From Pseudomonadota bacterium (GTDB lineage Bacteria > Pseudomonadota > Gammaproteobacteria > Burkholderiales > Eutrophovitaceae): a DNA stretch of 64,000 nucleotides. This document shows positions 1 through 10,565 of this stretch, in pieces. The notes below the pieces were generated by a model. The model was not told where the DNA came from, did no database searches, and was given only the letters and a program-made list of their open reading frames with translations. The translations under genes were made by a program, and so were the position numbers. The stretch spans positions 139,752 to 203,751 of the forward strand of contig JAQBTV010000001.1 of NCBI GenBank assembly GCA_027624715.1, in the 5' to 3' direction. Every line of letters begins with the position of its first letter. Position 1 is the first letter of the stretch.

Positions 1-25
1 CTCGTTATATATAACAGGACACCTA

Positions 26-1036
26 ATGCAGCAATTACCAAAAACAATGTGCGCCATCGAGGTAACCGAGCCAGGAAAACCCGATGTTTTAAAGATAACG
101 AAGCGACCTGTTCCAAAAATCACCGAACATGAGGTACTGATTTGCGTTCACGCCGCAGGGATTAATAGACCCGACATCATGCAACGGACAGGCCTCTATC
201 CCCCTCCACCCGAAGTAACGGATATTCCCGGGCTAGAAGTATCGGGAATTATTGTTGCAGTCGGCAACCAAGTAACTCAATGGAAAGTTGGCGATTCAGT
301 CTGCGCTCTTGTATCGGGTGGGGGATACGCTGAATATGTTGGGGCACCTTCGGCACAATGCCTGCCGGTTCCTAACGGACTTAGCTTACGGGAAGCTGCA
401 TCGCTTCCTGAAACCTACTTTACGGTCTGGTCCAATGTGTTTGACCGAGCGGGACTTCTCGGACAAGAAACCCTTCTAGTTCATGGTGGATCAAGCGGCA
501 TTGGAACGACGGCCATACAATTATGTCGAGCGTTTGGGCATGAGATATTCATAACCGCCGGCTCAGAAGAAAAATGTCGCGCTTGTGAGGATATCGGTGC
601 GACTCAAGCAATCAATTACAAAGATGAAGATTTCGTAGAACGCGTGATGGCCCTTACAAATAATAGAGGTGTCGATATTATTCTCGATATGGTTGCGGGC
701 GACTATCTACAACGCAACCTCAAATGCTTAGCGGATGACGGTCGAATTGTAATTATCGCTTTTTTAGGAGGCGTTAAAACCAATTTGAATATGACTGATA
801 TTCTTAGAAGAAGACTGACAGTGACTGGTTCTACACTGCGCCCAAGATCCACGTCGTTTAAAGCAAATATTGCCGCCTCACTTTTACAAAAAGTTTGGCC
901 ACTACTCGAAACAAAAGTCATTAAACCACTCATCTTCGCTTCCTTCTCACTCGAAGATGCAGCTAAGGCACATCAGCTTATGGAATCAAGTCAACACATA
1001 GGAAAGATTATTTTGGACGTGCGTACTGAACAATGA
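26..1036 (+). CDS. NAD(P)H:quinone oxidoreductase, medium-chain dehydrogenase/reductase (zeta-crystallin/PIG3-like) family
   Basis: 336-aa ORF with MDR architecture and a nucleotide-binding glycine motif (LVHGGSSGIGTTAIQL). Confidence 0.8.
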   Translation: MQQLPKTMCAIEVTEPGKPDVLKITKRPVPKITEHEVLICVHAAGINRPDIMQRTGLYPPPPEVTDIPGLEVSGIIVAVGNQVTQWKVGDSVCALVSGGGYAEYVGAPSAQCLPVPNGLSLREAASLPETYFTVWSNVFDRAGLLGQETLLVHGGSSGIGTTAIQLCRAFGHEIFITAGSEEKCRACEDIGATQAINYKDEDFVERVMALTNNRGVDIILDMVAGDYLQRNLKCLADDGRIVIIAFLGGVKTNLNMTDILRRRLTVTGSTLRPRSTSFKANIAASLLQKVWPLLETKVIKPLIFASFSLEDAAKAHQLMESSQHIGKIILDVRTEQ

Positions 1037-1046
1037 TGAGAAAAAT

Positions 1047-1541
1047 CTATTCATAAGTGCGCGGAGGCTTCAACCTTAAGTAAGGCGCTAACTCTATCAA
1101 TGCTTTCTTGTAGACGTCTCGTTTAAACTCAACAACCGAGTCCAATGGAACGAAAAATGGGTGCCAACGCCACGCGTCAAACTCTGGGACTGTAGATTTT
1201 CTCAATGAGACATCGCTATCGAATCCCACCAAACGCAATAAAAACCATATTTGTTTTTGACCTTTATATATCAATCGGGTCTCCCGGCGCACAAACTGCC
1301 TGGGAACATCATAACGTAGCCATCCCCTAGTCCGTCCGATAATCTTCACATGATGAGGCGCAAGTCCGACCTCTTCGTCGAGCTCTCGGTACATCGCCTG
1401 CGCAGGAGATTCACCTTCTTGTATCCCCCCCTGCGGAAATTGCCACGCATACTCCCGCGCGCGTTTTCCCCAGAAAACCTCGTTACGCTTGTTGCAAAGA
1501 ATAATACCCACGTTCGGACGGTAACCCTCTCGATCAATCAT
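1047..1541 (-). CDS. rppH: RNA pyrophosphohydrolase (Nudix hydrolase RppH/NudH)
   Basis: Typical RppH N-terminus [15 protein letters not shown] and Nudix box [23 protein letters not shown]. Start placed at the internal Met (M9 of the tracked ORF) that matches that N-terminus. Confidence 0.85.
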   Translation of the reverse strand: MIDREGYRPNVGIILCNKRNEVFWGKRAREYAWQFPQGGIQEGESPAQAMYRELDEEVGLAPHHVKIIGRTRGWLRYDVPRQFVRRETRLIYKGQKQIWFLLRLVGFDSDVSLRKSTVPEFDAWRWHPFFVPLDSVVEFKRDVYKKALIELAPYLRLKPPRTYE

Positions 1542-1606
1542 GATCAAAAACCCCGTCAGATTCAATAATAAATGTATTTTTACATACTTATGGGATTTCT
1601 AGCCAC

Positions 1607-2383
1607 TCAGATAGAAAGTTTTTTTGCTTGTGATGACTGGAACGATCGTATGCGATCAAGCATGGCATCAAAATCTAAGCCTAACGATTGCTTCAGGCCT
1701 CGCGCCAATTGGTCAATCTTAGATAATTGGGCGGTAGTGGGTGCCGAATTAAAAGCAAGCGCCACTATATTGCCCCCTTTGGGAGTGGGCACTAAGGCAA
1801 TTTGATCAAAATAAGATTCAATTTGAAAAATTCTTGATTTCAACTGTGGATCACTTGACCATAAATTCTGGATATAAATCCCATTTTGAGCTATGCAGCT
1901 TTTTACACGCTGAGTAAATTCATCATTAACAAATCCTCCGGGCACCCCAGACGCATCAAACGCATCAAGCATAATGACATCGTACTGCCCAGCAGCAGCA
2001 ATCCATTTCAACCCATCCGCATGAATCACAGATAATCGCTCGTCATCATCCGGAACAAAAAAATATTGACGTGCCACATTAATAACTTGCTCGGAATTTT
2101 CAATCACGCACACCTTTACATCAGGTAGATTTTTCCAAATAAACTTCGGTATCGATCCCCCACCCAAACCAATGCAAGCCACACTTTGTACGCGGTTATG
2201 AAACAACATAAATGACATCATAGCCTGGGTATAATCGAGAACAAGCTCAAAAGGGTCCATCAATTTCATAGAACTTTGAACTGTACTGCTGCCCAGAAAT
2301 AAGCTTCTAATACCCCGAGACTCACTGACTTCAACCTCAGACTCAATGCTAGTATTGCGAAAGAATCCTATTCTTCTGAACAT
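1607..2383 (-). CDS. Spermidine synthase-like class I SAM-dependent transferase
   Basis: 258-aa ORF; GLGGGS SAM-binding motif and DAFD motif (VIMLDAFDASGVP) as in the aminopropyltransferase fold. Confidence 0.6.
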   Translation of the reverse strand: MFRRIGFFRNTSIESEVEVSESRGIRSLFLGSSTVQSSMKLMDPFELVLDYTQAMMSFMLFHNRVQSVACIGLGGGSIPKFIWKNLPDVKVCVIENSEQVINVARQYFFVPDDDERLSVIHADGLKWIAAAGQYDVIMLDAFDASGVPGGFVNDEFTQRVKSCIAQNGIYIQNLWSSDPQLKSRIFQIESYFDQIALVPTPKGGNIVALAFNSAPTTAQLSKIDQLARGLKQSLGLDFDAMLDRIRSFQSSQAKKLSI

Positions 2384-2491
2384 ACTATTCTCGACCTATT
2401 AACTGACTTATCATTGTACGGATAGTTTAACCACATAACTTTTTTTCATCGGGATAGAATAAGCGTTTGTTATCAAAATAATTGGCCAAAA

Positions 2492-4213
2492 ATGCGTTTA
2501 ACTCAATTTTTCCTAAATACACTGAGAGAAGCACCAAGTGAAGCAGAAATCACTTCCCATCAGTTAATGCTAAAAGCAGGCCTCATCAAGAAACTAGGTA
2601 GCGGCCTTTACTCATGGCTCCCTCTTGGCTTCCGAGTCCTTAAAAAAATTGAAAAAATCATACGAGAAGAGATGGAACGAGCCGGTGCTCTGGAATTACT
2701 TATGCCTGCAATCCAGCCTGCTGAGCTGTGGTCAGAATCTGGGAGATGGGAGCTTTTTGGCGCGCAGATGCTAAAAATTAAAGATCGTCATAATAAAGAC
2801 TTCTGCTTTGGCCCTACGCATGAAGAAGTTATTACGGATATTGCGCGACAAGAGATTAAATCGTACCGCCAGCTACCCATTAACCTATATCAAATTCAAA
2901 CAAAGTTCAGAGATGAAATTCGGCCTAGATTTGGCGTCATGCGTGCGCGCGAGTTTATTATGAAAGATGCTTACTCGTTTCACGCTGACTTTGCTGACCT
3001 TCAGCGTGAATATCAGAATATGTTTGATACCTATTGTCGTATTTTTAAACGTCTAGGATTGCAATATCGTCCGGTGGCTGCAGATACTGGCGCCATCGGC
3101 GGCACCGGATCGCATGAGTTTCATGTGCTCGCTGATTCTGGCGAAGATGCAATTGCCTACTGCCCTCAGTCGGACTACGCCGCAAACATTGAACTGGCGG
3201 AAGCCATCACACTATCAACTGATGAGCTTCAAAGCAAACAATCGATGGTCAAAATATCAACTCCTGATGCAGGCAAGTGCGGACAAGTAGCCAAAATGCT
3301 CAATATTCCAGTATCTAATGTTCTCAAGACGCTTGCAGTGATAGCAAGTGAGCAGTTCGTCCTATTGCTTCTTAGGGGGGATCACCAACTTAACGAGATA
3401 AAGTTAACGAAGATTAAAGGTATGGGGGAATTTCGATTTGCTAAAGATGAAGAGGTGATGAAATACCTAGGTAGCCCCATCGGATTTATAGGTCCAGTAG
3501 ATGTCAATCTAAAGATTCGAATCATTGGCGATCGTGCCACTCAATCAATGTCCAACTTTTCCTGTGGCGCCAATGCGCGAGACTTTCATTTGACTGGAGT
3601 TAACTTTAAACGGGACATTAGAAGCGAAATAGAAATTGCAGATATCCGGAACGTACAGTCAGGGGATCCGAGTCCAGATGGGAAAGGAAAGCTAGAAATA
3701 TGTAGGGGTATTGAAGTCGGTCATATTTTCCAACTCAGGACAAAATATTCTGAAGCTCTGAAATGTCATTATCTCGACAACGAAGGTAAAAGTAAGCCGG
3801 CTGAAATGGGCTGCTACGGCATTGGTGTATCGCGGATAGTGGCAGCGGCAATCGAACAAGGGCATGATGAAAAAGGTATCGTGTGGCCACAATCGATTGC
3901 TCCATTTACCATTGCTATTGCTGCAATTGGATATAACAATAGCGAATTAGTTAAGAGCTTTTGTGATGGACTTGAGGCGGCGCTATTAAAACAAGGTATA
4001 GATGTTTTACTTGACGACCGCGGTGAAAGACCAGGTGTGATGTTCACCGATCTAGAGTTAATCGGAATCCCCTATCGCTTGACGATAGGCGAAAGAGGAA
4101 TTAAAAATGGACAGCTTGAATGGGCAGATCGAAAAACTGGCGAAACCTCGTCAATCCCTTGCAATAATGCATTAGATGAGGTCATTGGTAGATTAAATCA
4201 AAATACTACTTAA
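2492..4213 (+). CDS. proS: Proline--tRNA ligase (bacterial type with editing insertion)
   Basis: 573 aa; class II aaRS motifs ([38 protein letters not shown]); length fits the INS-containing bacterial type. Confidence 0.95.
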   Translation: MRLTQFFLNTLREAPSEAEITSHQLMLKAGLIKKLGSGLYSWLPLGFRVLKKIEKIIREEMERAGALELLMPAIQPAELWSESGRWELFGAQMLKIKDRHNKDFCFGPTHEEVITDIARQEIKSYRQLPINLYQIQTKFRDEIRPRFGVMRAREFIMKDAYSFHADFADLQREYQNMFDTYCRIFKRLGLQYRPVAADTGAIGGTGSHEFHVLADSGEDAIAYCPQSDYAANIELAEAITLSTDELQSKQSMVKISTPDAGKCGQVAKMLNIPVSNVLKTLAVIASEQFVLLLLRGDHQLNEIKLTKIKGMGEFRFAKDEEVMKYLGSPIGFIGPVDVNLKIRIIGDRATQSMSNFSCGANARDFHLTGVNFKRDIRSEIEIADIRNVQSGDPSPDGKGKLEICRGIEVGHIFQLRTKYSEALKCHYLDNEGKSKPAEMGCYGIGVSRIVAAAIEQGHDEKGIVWPQSIAPFTIAIAAIGYNNSELVKSFCDGLEAALLKQGIDVLLDDRGERPGVMFTDLELIGIPYRLTIGERGIKNGQLEWADRKTGETSSIPCNNALDEVIGRLNQNTT

Positions 4214-4231
4214 GAGAAAATCGAGATTACA

Positions 4232-4846
4232 ATGCCCGAAATCCTTGTGCTGTATTACTCTAGAAACGGTAGCGTGCAACAAATGGCGAAACTGATCGCT
4301 CGAGGTATCGAAATGGTACCTGGCATCTCTGCACGTTTGCGAACAGTCCCACCCGTCTCTTCTAATATAGGGGAAACGGCAAATGCAATTCCAGAGGAAG
4401 GTTCGCCTTATGTTGAAATTGATGACTTACGCGCTTGTATTGGATTAGCGCTAGGAAGCCCTACACGCTTCGGTAATATGGCCGCACCTATGAAATATTT
4501 CATAGATCAACTCGGTGGCATTTGGCATGAAGGTACACTCGTTGGGAAACCAGCGACTGTATTCACATCCTCATCCTCTATGCACGGTGGTCAAGAAATT
4601 ACACTAGCTACAATGATGTTTCCTTTGATTCATCTCGGAATGATCATTACTGGGGTTCCTTACTCAGAACGCGCATTACACACTACACTTACCGGCGGAA
4701 CCCCTTATGGATCTAGTCATTTTACGGGACCACAGGGTAAACTACCAATATCAGAGGAAGAAAAATCGCTTTGTATCGCGCAAGGAAGACATCTAGCCAT
4801 CATTGCCCAGAAACTAGATCGTCACGAAACTAGCCTTCCAAAATGA
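4232..4846 (+). CDS. wrbA: NAD(P)H:quinone oxidoreductase, WrbA-type flavodoxin-like protein
   Basis: 204 aa; flavodoxin-like N-terminus ILVLYYSRNGSVQQMA and WrbA-like core (GSPTRFGNMAAPMKYFIDQ). Confidence 0.8.
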   Translation: MPEILVLYYSRNGSVQQMAKLIARGIEMVPGISARLRTVPPVSSNIGETANAIPEEGSPYVEIDDLRACIGLALGSPTRFGNMAAPMKYFIDQLGGIWHEGTLVGKPATVFTSSSSMHGGQEITLATMMFPLIHLGMIITGVPYSERALHTTLTGGTPYGSSHFTGPQGKLPISEEEKSLCIAQGRHLAIIAQKLDRHETSLPK

Positions 4847-5184
4847 TACGTCCGCACCAAATCCTGTCAAGCGGAGGACTCATCGTATTGAGTCTGTGGT
4901 GCCTAATCTGGGAAGGATATGCGGCACCACTCACCCCAGACGGCTCCTGGTTAATACTCAAATCCATACCCATCGTATTACCTCTCCTAGGGATCCTACG
5001 CAATAATTTACGTACTTACCAATATACTGTTCTAATTGTTTTTCCTTACTTCATAGAAGGCGTCGTTCGATCATATGCTGAAATCGGCATCTTCAGATTT
5101 ATGGCAGTTGGGGAAATAACTTTGTCATTGCTCATTTTCGCCATTCTGCTCAATTCAGTGCGCATCATACGCACACAAGGATAA
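4843..5184 (+). CDS. Small integral membrane protein (DUF2069-like)
   Basis: 113 aa with predicted TM helices; 4-nt overlap with the wrbA stop suggests translational coupling. From memory, a DUF2069 gene often follows wrbA. Confidence 0.55.
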   Translation: MIRPHQILSSGGLIVLSLWCLIWEGYAAPLTPDGSWLILKSIPIVLPLLGILRNNLRTYQYTVLIVFPYFIEGVVRSYAEIGIFRFMAVGEITLSLLIFAILLNSVRIIRTQG

Positions 5185-5196
5185 TAGGCACTAAAG

Positions 5197-6083
5197 ATGT
5201 ACGTTGGACGTTTTGCCCCAACCCCATCCGGTCCATTGCATTTCGGATCAATTGTTACCGCAATTGGTAGCTATTGTGATGCCAAGTTTAACGGTGGACG
5301 ATGGATTATTCGTATCGATGATTTAGATGAAAAACGGAATGTTGCCGGAGCAGATAGAGACATCTTTACACCCTAGAGTCCTTTGGACTGCACTGGGATA
5401 ATCAACCTATCTACCAGAGCCAGCAAAAAAAATAATATGGCGAATGGCGTGATACCTTAGCAAAAAAATACGACCTATACCCCTGCAGGTGCAGCAGAAA
5501 AACGCTTCACGAACATTCGATTTTTAAGGATGGCGACTGTATTTATAGTGGCCATTATAAAGACCACCTCTCTGAAAACCGTACCATTAGAAACCACCGT
5601 CTAAATCTACGCCAACCGTGCACCATAACCATTAACGATATCGGATAAGGCCTAATCACTGAAGATTTATGTGTCACCTCAGGTGACTTCGTGGTATTTA
5701 AGGCTGATGGGACCCCTGCATACGATTTAGTTAGTAGCGTGCTTGATGATCACATTTTAGGCGTCACTCGTGTGGTGAGGGGACGCGATTTACTGCGGTC
5801 CAGCCTAAGACAAGCAGAATTACAAAGAGCACTCGGACAACTGTCCCCAAGCTTCTTACATTTACCTCTTGTGAAAAACGAGGTAGGACAGAAACTCTCA
5901 AAGCAAAATAAAACCGAACCGATCAACGCAAAAGCACCAAAAAAAACAGTAATTGATGCATTAACGTTCCTGTCTCAACATCCACCACACGAGCTTCATA
6001 GTTCGAGCTTTGAAGAAATCATAAACTGGGCGATTAAACATTGGGACATATCAGCCTTCAACTCCAGAAACTCAGAAAACTAA
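5197..6083 (+). pseudogene. gluQ: Glutamyl-Q tRNA(Asp) synthetase gene, disrupted (1 frameshift, 2 in-frame TAA stops)
   Basis: The N-terminal frame ([18 protein letters not shown]...) stops at TAG 5374-5376. Homology continues in the frame starting at 5373 (LESFGLHWD...CRCSRK...). That frame has TAA stops at 5433-5435 and 5646-5648 before the intact C-terminal ORF 5691-6083 (RGRDLL...KLSKQN). Confidence 0.8.
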
Positions 6084-6859
6084 AGTCGCGGAGCTAACTC
6101 TTCCCACTTGTAATCAAGTCGACTAACTATTTTTTGTAGGTACGCAAAAGCAAAATCTACGATCTCACGACTACCCTTAATCCCCAATTCGACGCGACGT
6201 TTTCTGTCATTGGTAAAAGTCGGCAGGCTAAACACTTTACAACCAGGAAACAGATCAAGACATTCAGTCATCAGCGGAATCAGCGTACTCTCCGGCACCT
6301 CATAAATAAGTATTGATCGCTCAATGTCGGGGTCTTGCACATGTTGCTCTGCATACTCATGGTCTAATACCCACTCCATCATGGACCACGCCATTGATGG
6401 AAATCCAGGTAGAAAATGGTGACGCTCGACACTGAATCCGGGAATACGGTTAAAAGCATTGGGAATAATTCTAGAGCCCTTTGGAAACATACCCATTTTG
6501 ATTCGGTCCGGATAAGCTTCCTTACCAAACTGACTCTCGATTTCATTCTTCGCTGCGGGATGCAAAACGACATCCACGGCGAGAGCGTCTGCGACAGATT
6601 GTCTCGTATAATCATCTGGCGTAGCACCAATACCACCAAAGCTAAAGATCACGTCACTCGAACTCAAGGTACGTTGGAATGTTTGCGTCAATAGCTCAGG
6701 ACTATCGGGCAGATAACTAGCCCAGGCAACCTTAAGTCCACGCGCACGCAGGATTTCTATCGATTTTTCAAGATGCCGATCCTCTCGTCTTCCAGAAAGA
6801 ATCTCATCACCAATAATCACTAACCCGATATTCACAATAAGCGCGCCACTAACTTCCAC
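6080..6859 (-). CDS. Molybdopterin-binding (MoCF/CinA N-terminal-like) domain protein
   Basis: 259 aa; N-terminal IGDEILSGRREDRH and GGIGATPDDYT motifs typical of the MoaB/MogA/CinA-N fold. Confidence 0.6.
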   Translation of the reverse strand: MEVSGALIVNIGLVIIGDEILSGRREDRHLEKSIEILRARGLKVAWASYLPDSPELLTQTFQRTLSSSDVIFSFGGIGATPDDYTRQSVADALAVDVVLHPAAKNEIESQFGKEAYPDRIKMGMFPKGSRIIPNAFNRIPGFSVERHHFLPGFPSMAWSMMEWVLDHEYAEQHVQDPDIERSILIYEVPESTLIPLMTECLDLFPGCKVFSLPTFTNDRKRRVELGIKGSREIVDFAFAYLQKIVSRLDYKWEELAPRL

Positions 6860-6898
6860 AAACTGAGACTGATAGAAAGAAAAACATAATCTCCCTAT

Positions 6899-7708
6899 TT
6901 ACAAGAACAAGCGGAAACCAACTTCAATACTGTACTCATATGAAAATGCTGAGTTATCTCCCCAAAGGGTAGTTCCTGGTCGAAAATAAAGCATTGTTGA
7001 GGAGTTAACAAATCGTCCATACTCTAATACGAGCGTCCCAGTCGACCGTTCAGCGCTTGTATGATCCCAAGCGACAAATGGCTCCACGGAGACGTAATAA
7101 CGATCAGGAAGCTTTTTTAAGATTGGCAATTTTAACGAAGTGAACTTTACATCCGTTCGACTATCGTCACCGCCTATTGTAAAAAATGTTTGAAACTGAG
7201 GAAATGCAAGTAACCCTAGGCTCGGTACTTTTACAAATCCAAAAATCGTTGGCGCCACTCGATTTTTGCCGTTACCCAGGGTGGCATCTGATGCCGTATC
7301 CCACTTAGTATCTAACGCCAAAAACCAAGGTGTACCACCATCAGTCGTAAACGTGTTATTGGCAATGCGCACTGTCATATCACCCATGCCTGTTTCTGAC
7401 TCTTCAGTGGAAACCGGGTTACGGTACAAGACGGGAGCCTGTATGCGAACTGACCAATCGTTATTTATTGGAAAATCATATAAAATCTCTATGAGAGACA
7501 CCTCATTACCGTCCTCATCCTCCTTGAATTCATATCTACTAAAAAATTTTGTCTTAGGGCGACTTGGATCTAAGGTCTTAGTCGTATCGGCTGCAATTGT
7601 TTTTGTTTCCTCTGCGATTGTTTTTGTTTCCTCTGCAATTGAAATCTCTACTGAGGCAAAAAACGCAAACAATATCAAGAAAGGTGCTATATATTTTTTT
7701 AAGGTCAT
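6899..7708 (-). CDS. Putative outer-membrane beta-barrel protein (MetA-pathway/transporter-family-like) with N-terminal heptapeptide repeats
   Basis: Signal peptide MTLKKYIAPFLILFAFFASVEISIA; alternating beta-strand pattern; GMGD motif; aromatic-rich C-terminus. Start placed at M12 of the tracked ORF. Confidence 0.5.
   Translation of the reverse strand: MTLKKYIAPFLILFAFFASVEISIAEETKTIAEETKTIAADTTKTLDPSRPKTKFFSRYEFKEDEDGNEVSLIEILYDFPINNDWSVRIQAPVLYRNPVSTEESETGMGDMTVRIANNTFTTDGGTPWFLALDTKWDTASDATLGNGKNRVAPTIFGFVKVPSLGLLAFPQFQTFFTIGGDDSRTDVKFTSLKLPILKKLPDRYYVSVEPFVAWDHTSAERSTGTLVLEYGRFVNSSTMLYFRPGTTLWGDNSAFSYEYSIEVGFRLFL
7591..7641. repeat. 21-bp in-frame tandem repeat (2 full copies and one 9-bp partial copy) inside the outer-membrane protein gene
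   Basis: ctgcaattgtttttgtttcct / ctgcgattgtttttgtttcct / ctgcaattg; encodes IAEETKT IAEETKT on the minus strand. A degenerate further unit (IAADTTKT) lies at about 7570-7590. Confidence 0.85.
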
Positions 7709-7832
7709 CCTATTAATCCAAACATATATTTTTTGCTGCAATTCTCATCGGTACACGACTGAAATTACAGTTTTTATCAATTTACTTCGAATAAAGTGCG
7801 GTGAATTATACTCACTTTAAGACTTTAATTCT

Positions 7833-8603
7833 TTACCCACGGCCCACAGGGTACTGAACTCGAATGCGGTGTTTTGACAGTGTAGACCGAAGATTGGCTG
7901 CGATACTCAAGGCATTAACCCCATCACCATGAATACAAATCGTATCGGGAGAAACCCGATAGTCAATGCCTTCTAAGCTAGTAACTAAATTTTGTTCAAC
8001 GAGTTTGATTACTTGTTGCTCAGCCTCCTCCACGTCCGTAATTAAGGCGTGTTGACTGGCTCTGGGCACAAGTTCACGATCTGAGAGGTAGCGCCTATCT
8101 GCAAACGCCTCCTCTACAAGAGTAGCTCCCGAAGCCTTGGCGGCCTGCACCCAACATGAGTTTGCCAAACCAAAAATAAATAAGTCAGAATTAAAATCGG
8201 CGATGGTCTCGCAAATAGCCATGGCCATATTTATATCGATTGCAGCCATGTTGTAAAGTGCTCCATGCGCTTTAACGTGCGTCATCACAGCGCCGACAGC
8301 TAAAGCGTGGCCTGCGAACTCCTCGACCTGACGACGCACTACCGCTCGCAGCTCATTATCAGGCAGAGCCATAGCCTTACGACCAAAATTATCTCTATCA
8401 GGAAACGACGGATGGGCCCCAACCCCCACGTCATGTTCCATAGCTCTTCGGGCCGTAGCTCTAATCGAGCGACAATCTCCCGCGTGCATTCCACAAGCAA
8501 TATTCGCCGAGCTGAGGTAGGGCATTATCGCTATCTCTTTAAGCTCCTCTTCACGAGACCTATATTCTCCAAGATCGCAATTAAGATCAATATACCGTTC
8601 CAT
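7833..8603 (-). CDS. pxpA: 5-oxoprolinase subunit A (LamB/YcsF family)
   Basis: 256 aa; N-terminus IDLNCDLGE typical of the LamB/YcsF family; last gene of a B-C-A operon. Confidence 0.85.
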   Translation of the reverse strand: MERYIDLNCDLGEYRSREEELKEIAIMPYLSSANIACGMHAGDCRSIRATARRAMEHDVGVGAHPSFPDRDNFGRKAMALPDNELRAVVRRQVEEFAGHALAVGAVMTHVKAHGALYNMAAIDINMAMAICETIADFNSDLFIFGLANSCWVQAAKASGATLVEEAFADRRYLSDRELVPRASQHALITDVEEAEQQVIKLVEQNLVTSLEGIDYRVSPDTICIHGDGVNALSIAANLRSTLSKHRIRVQYPVGRG

Positions 8604-9628
8604 TAATTCAACTCCTGAATCCGCTGCCCAATTGAGCCAATAAGCTCTGCCATCGCATTCTGCTCTTTGATTAATGCACTTTGTGCGTCCTTCACTGAAA
8701 TCTCGGTGAACCGTATACCATCACCGGGTTGACTTTGAACCACAGTCGCACGATCCACAGATGCCACAACGCCAATCGATGGATACCCACCAATCGTCTG
8801 TCGGTCGACTGACAGGATAATGGGCTGACCACTAGGTGGCACTTGTATCACTCCAAAAACGACGGGCACGGAAGGTTCGTATTCAGATTTTCGCATGTCA
8901 ATACTCTTCCCAGATAGCCGAACTCCCATACGATTCGATTGAGGAGTAACTCGATATGTACTCGAAAAAGTGGTTTGTCTCACTTCTTCTGATAAACTCA
9001 TCCATCTTTCAGATGGCAGAAACCTAAGCCCCCTTTCTTCAGACCCTCTGGGGCTAAATAATGCCTGCACACTCCAAGTCGGAGTAATAAAAGGTTGCCC
9101 TCCTTTAGCTCTCATCCGCTTTAATTGAGAAAAGTTATCAGGCCTATCCTTAATAGCTAAAACATCCCCTTTTTTTAAAGGCCGTCCCTCGACCCCTCCG
9201 AATTTGCTACCCGTATCCGTCGCCACACTACCCATAACCGCATGAATGTCCAATATGCCAGAAATGGCCAGATACCCAACCGCGCCATTCGACGATCGAC
9301 CACCTGTTACCCTGGCTCCTGCATATATCCATATTGGACGCCCAAGGGGTATCACATTTCCATCAATGTTAAACGCGAAATCTGCTCCAGCGAATGCGAT
9401 AACACAGTCACACGAAAACGCCAAAGTAGGGCCCACCATAACAAACTCTATGATTGGAGCATCTAGCTTATTCCCCACTAACGCGTTTGCAACAACCATA
9501 GAATTTAAGTCTGCTGCCCCAGAAACAGAAACACCATGATCCTGCCAACCTGTTCGACCTCTATCCTGAATAGTCGTCATCACTCCTGGGCTCAACACAT
9601 GAATAAAGGTTGCATGTTTGGCACTCAT
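8603..9628 (-). CDS. pxpC: 5-oxoprolinase subunit C (KipA / allophanate hydrolase subunit 2 family)
   Basis: 341 aa; cyclophilin-like KipA-type sequence; overlaps pxpB by 4 nt and pxpA by 1 nt. Confidence 0.85.
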   Translation of the reverse strand: MSAKHATFIHVLSPGVMTTIQDRGRTGWQDHGVSVSGAADLNSMVVANALVGNKLDAPIIEFVMVGPTLAFSCDCVIAFAGADFAFNIDGNVIPLGRPIWIYAGARVTGGRSSNGAVGYLAISGILDIHAVMGSVATDTGSKFGGVEGRPLKKGDVLAIKDRPDNFSQLKRMRAKGGQPFITPTWSVQALFSPRGSEERGLRFLPSERWMSLSEEVRQTTFSSTYRVTPQSNRMGVRLSGKSIDMRKSEYEPSVPVVFGVIQVPPSGQPIILSVDRQTIGGYPSIGVVASVDRATVVQSQPGDGIRFTEISVKDAQSALIKEQNAMAELIGSIGQRIQELN

Positions 9629-10350
9629 AAATCACTTTCTATAGCCTGATTTACGTCGTATTCTTCAATGGAAATTGCCTCGAACTGAACTTTATCCCCA
9701 ACGCCCAACAAGGCGCCGCAAGCACCTTGCTTTCGAAAAAAACTCATACGTGTTCTACCCAAAACATGCCATCCACCTGGCATGGCTGATGGGTAAATAC
9801 CGCTATAACCGCCGGCAATGGCAACGCTTCCCGATGGAACTCGCGTGCGCGGCATCTCTCGACGCGGAATTTTCAGCGCAGAATCTAAACCTTCAAGATA
9901 AGCAAATCCTGGAGCAAACCCAATTGCTCCCACAGTATAGACAACAGACTGATGCAGACTAATTACATCACCTATGGAAACGCCTAAAGTCAAAGATATA
10001 CTCGCCAAATCCAAACCAATTTTTAGATCGTAGCAAACAGGAATACGTATTAATTGTGGTTTCTTCGCACTCGAGATGAGTTCTGCCCCATCTAACTTTT
10101 GCACTAGATACTGGACGATACTTTCAAATGGAGAAAGAGCAGAAGATGTGATCCAATCATTTGGATCATAATGGACCGCAAGCTTTGAAAAAGCCGGAAC
10201 AATATCGGTAACACCCCTAAGATTAAACGTTTTGATCTTATCAGCTAGCGTACCAGTGAGCACTGAATCACCCTCTGCTGAATCCCCAGATTTCACATCA
10301 ATTAGTACAGTCCGATCTCCTAGAGGAGTATATGTACAACGAGGGATCAC
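9625..10350 (-). CDS. pxpB: 5-oxoprolinase subunit B (KipI / allophanate hydrolase subunit 1 family)
   Basis: 241 aa; KipI-type sequence (GFAPGFAYL, GGWHVLGRT); first gene of the pxpBCA operon. Confidence 0.85.
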   Translation of the reverse strand: MIPRCTYTPLGDRTVLIDVKSGDSAEGDSVLTGTLADKIKTFNLRGVTDIVPAFSKLAVHYDPNDWITSSALSPFESIVQYLVQKLDGAELISSAKKPQLIRIPVCYDLKIGLDLASISLTLGVSIGDVISLHQSVVYTVGAIGFAPGFAYLEGLDSALKIPRREMPRTRVPSGSVAIAGGYSGIYPSAMPGGWHVLGRTRMSFFRKQGACGALLGVGDKVQFEAISIEEYDVNQAIESDL

Positions 10351-10565
10351 AACGAATAACTCCAGAGGCTAGATACTAACGAATCAAACAGCGCGGTTGT
10401 CCCGCTATAATCTCCAAACAAGTCAACTTAATTTTTCTGCATTGGTGGAATACCAAAATTTAGCACACCAAACGGTTTATGCACATTATCTTATCAGCAA
10501 TAAGCTTTTAAAGAGATTTTTAAAATGAGCTGGTAACGATTTTTTTTTCGTGATAGATTGAGAAT

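Noticed and set aside
5425-5432. The A8 homopolymer in gluQ as a programmed frameshift or phase-variation site.
   Set aside because: Similarity to GluQRS stays in the same frame on both sides of the run, and the adjacent TAA is simply in frame. Two other independent lesions are present, so decay is the simpler explanation.
5691-6083. The 130-aa ORF as an independent gene.
   Set aside because: It is the C-terminal third of GluQRS. Upstream homologous sequence is present but broken, so it is annotated as part of a pseudogene.
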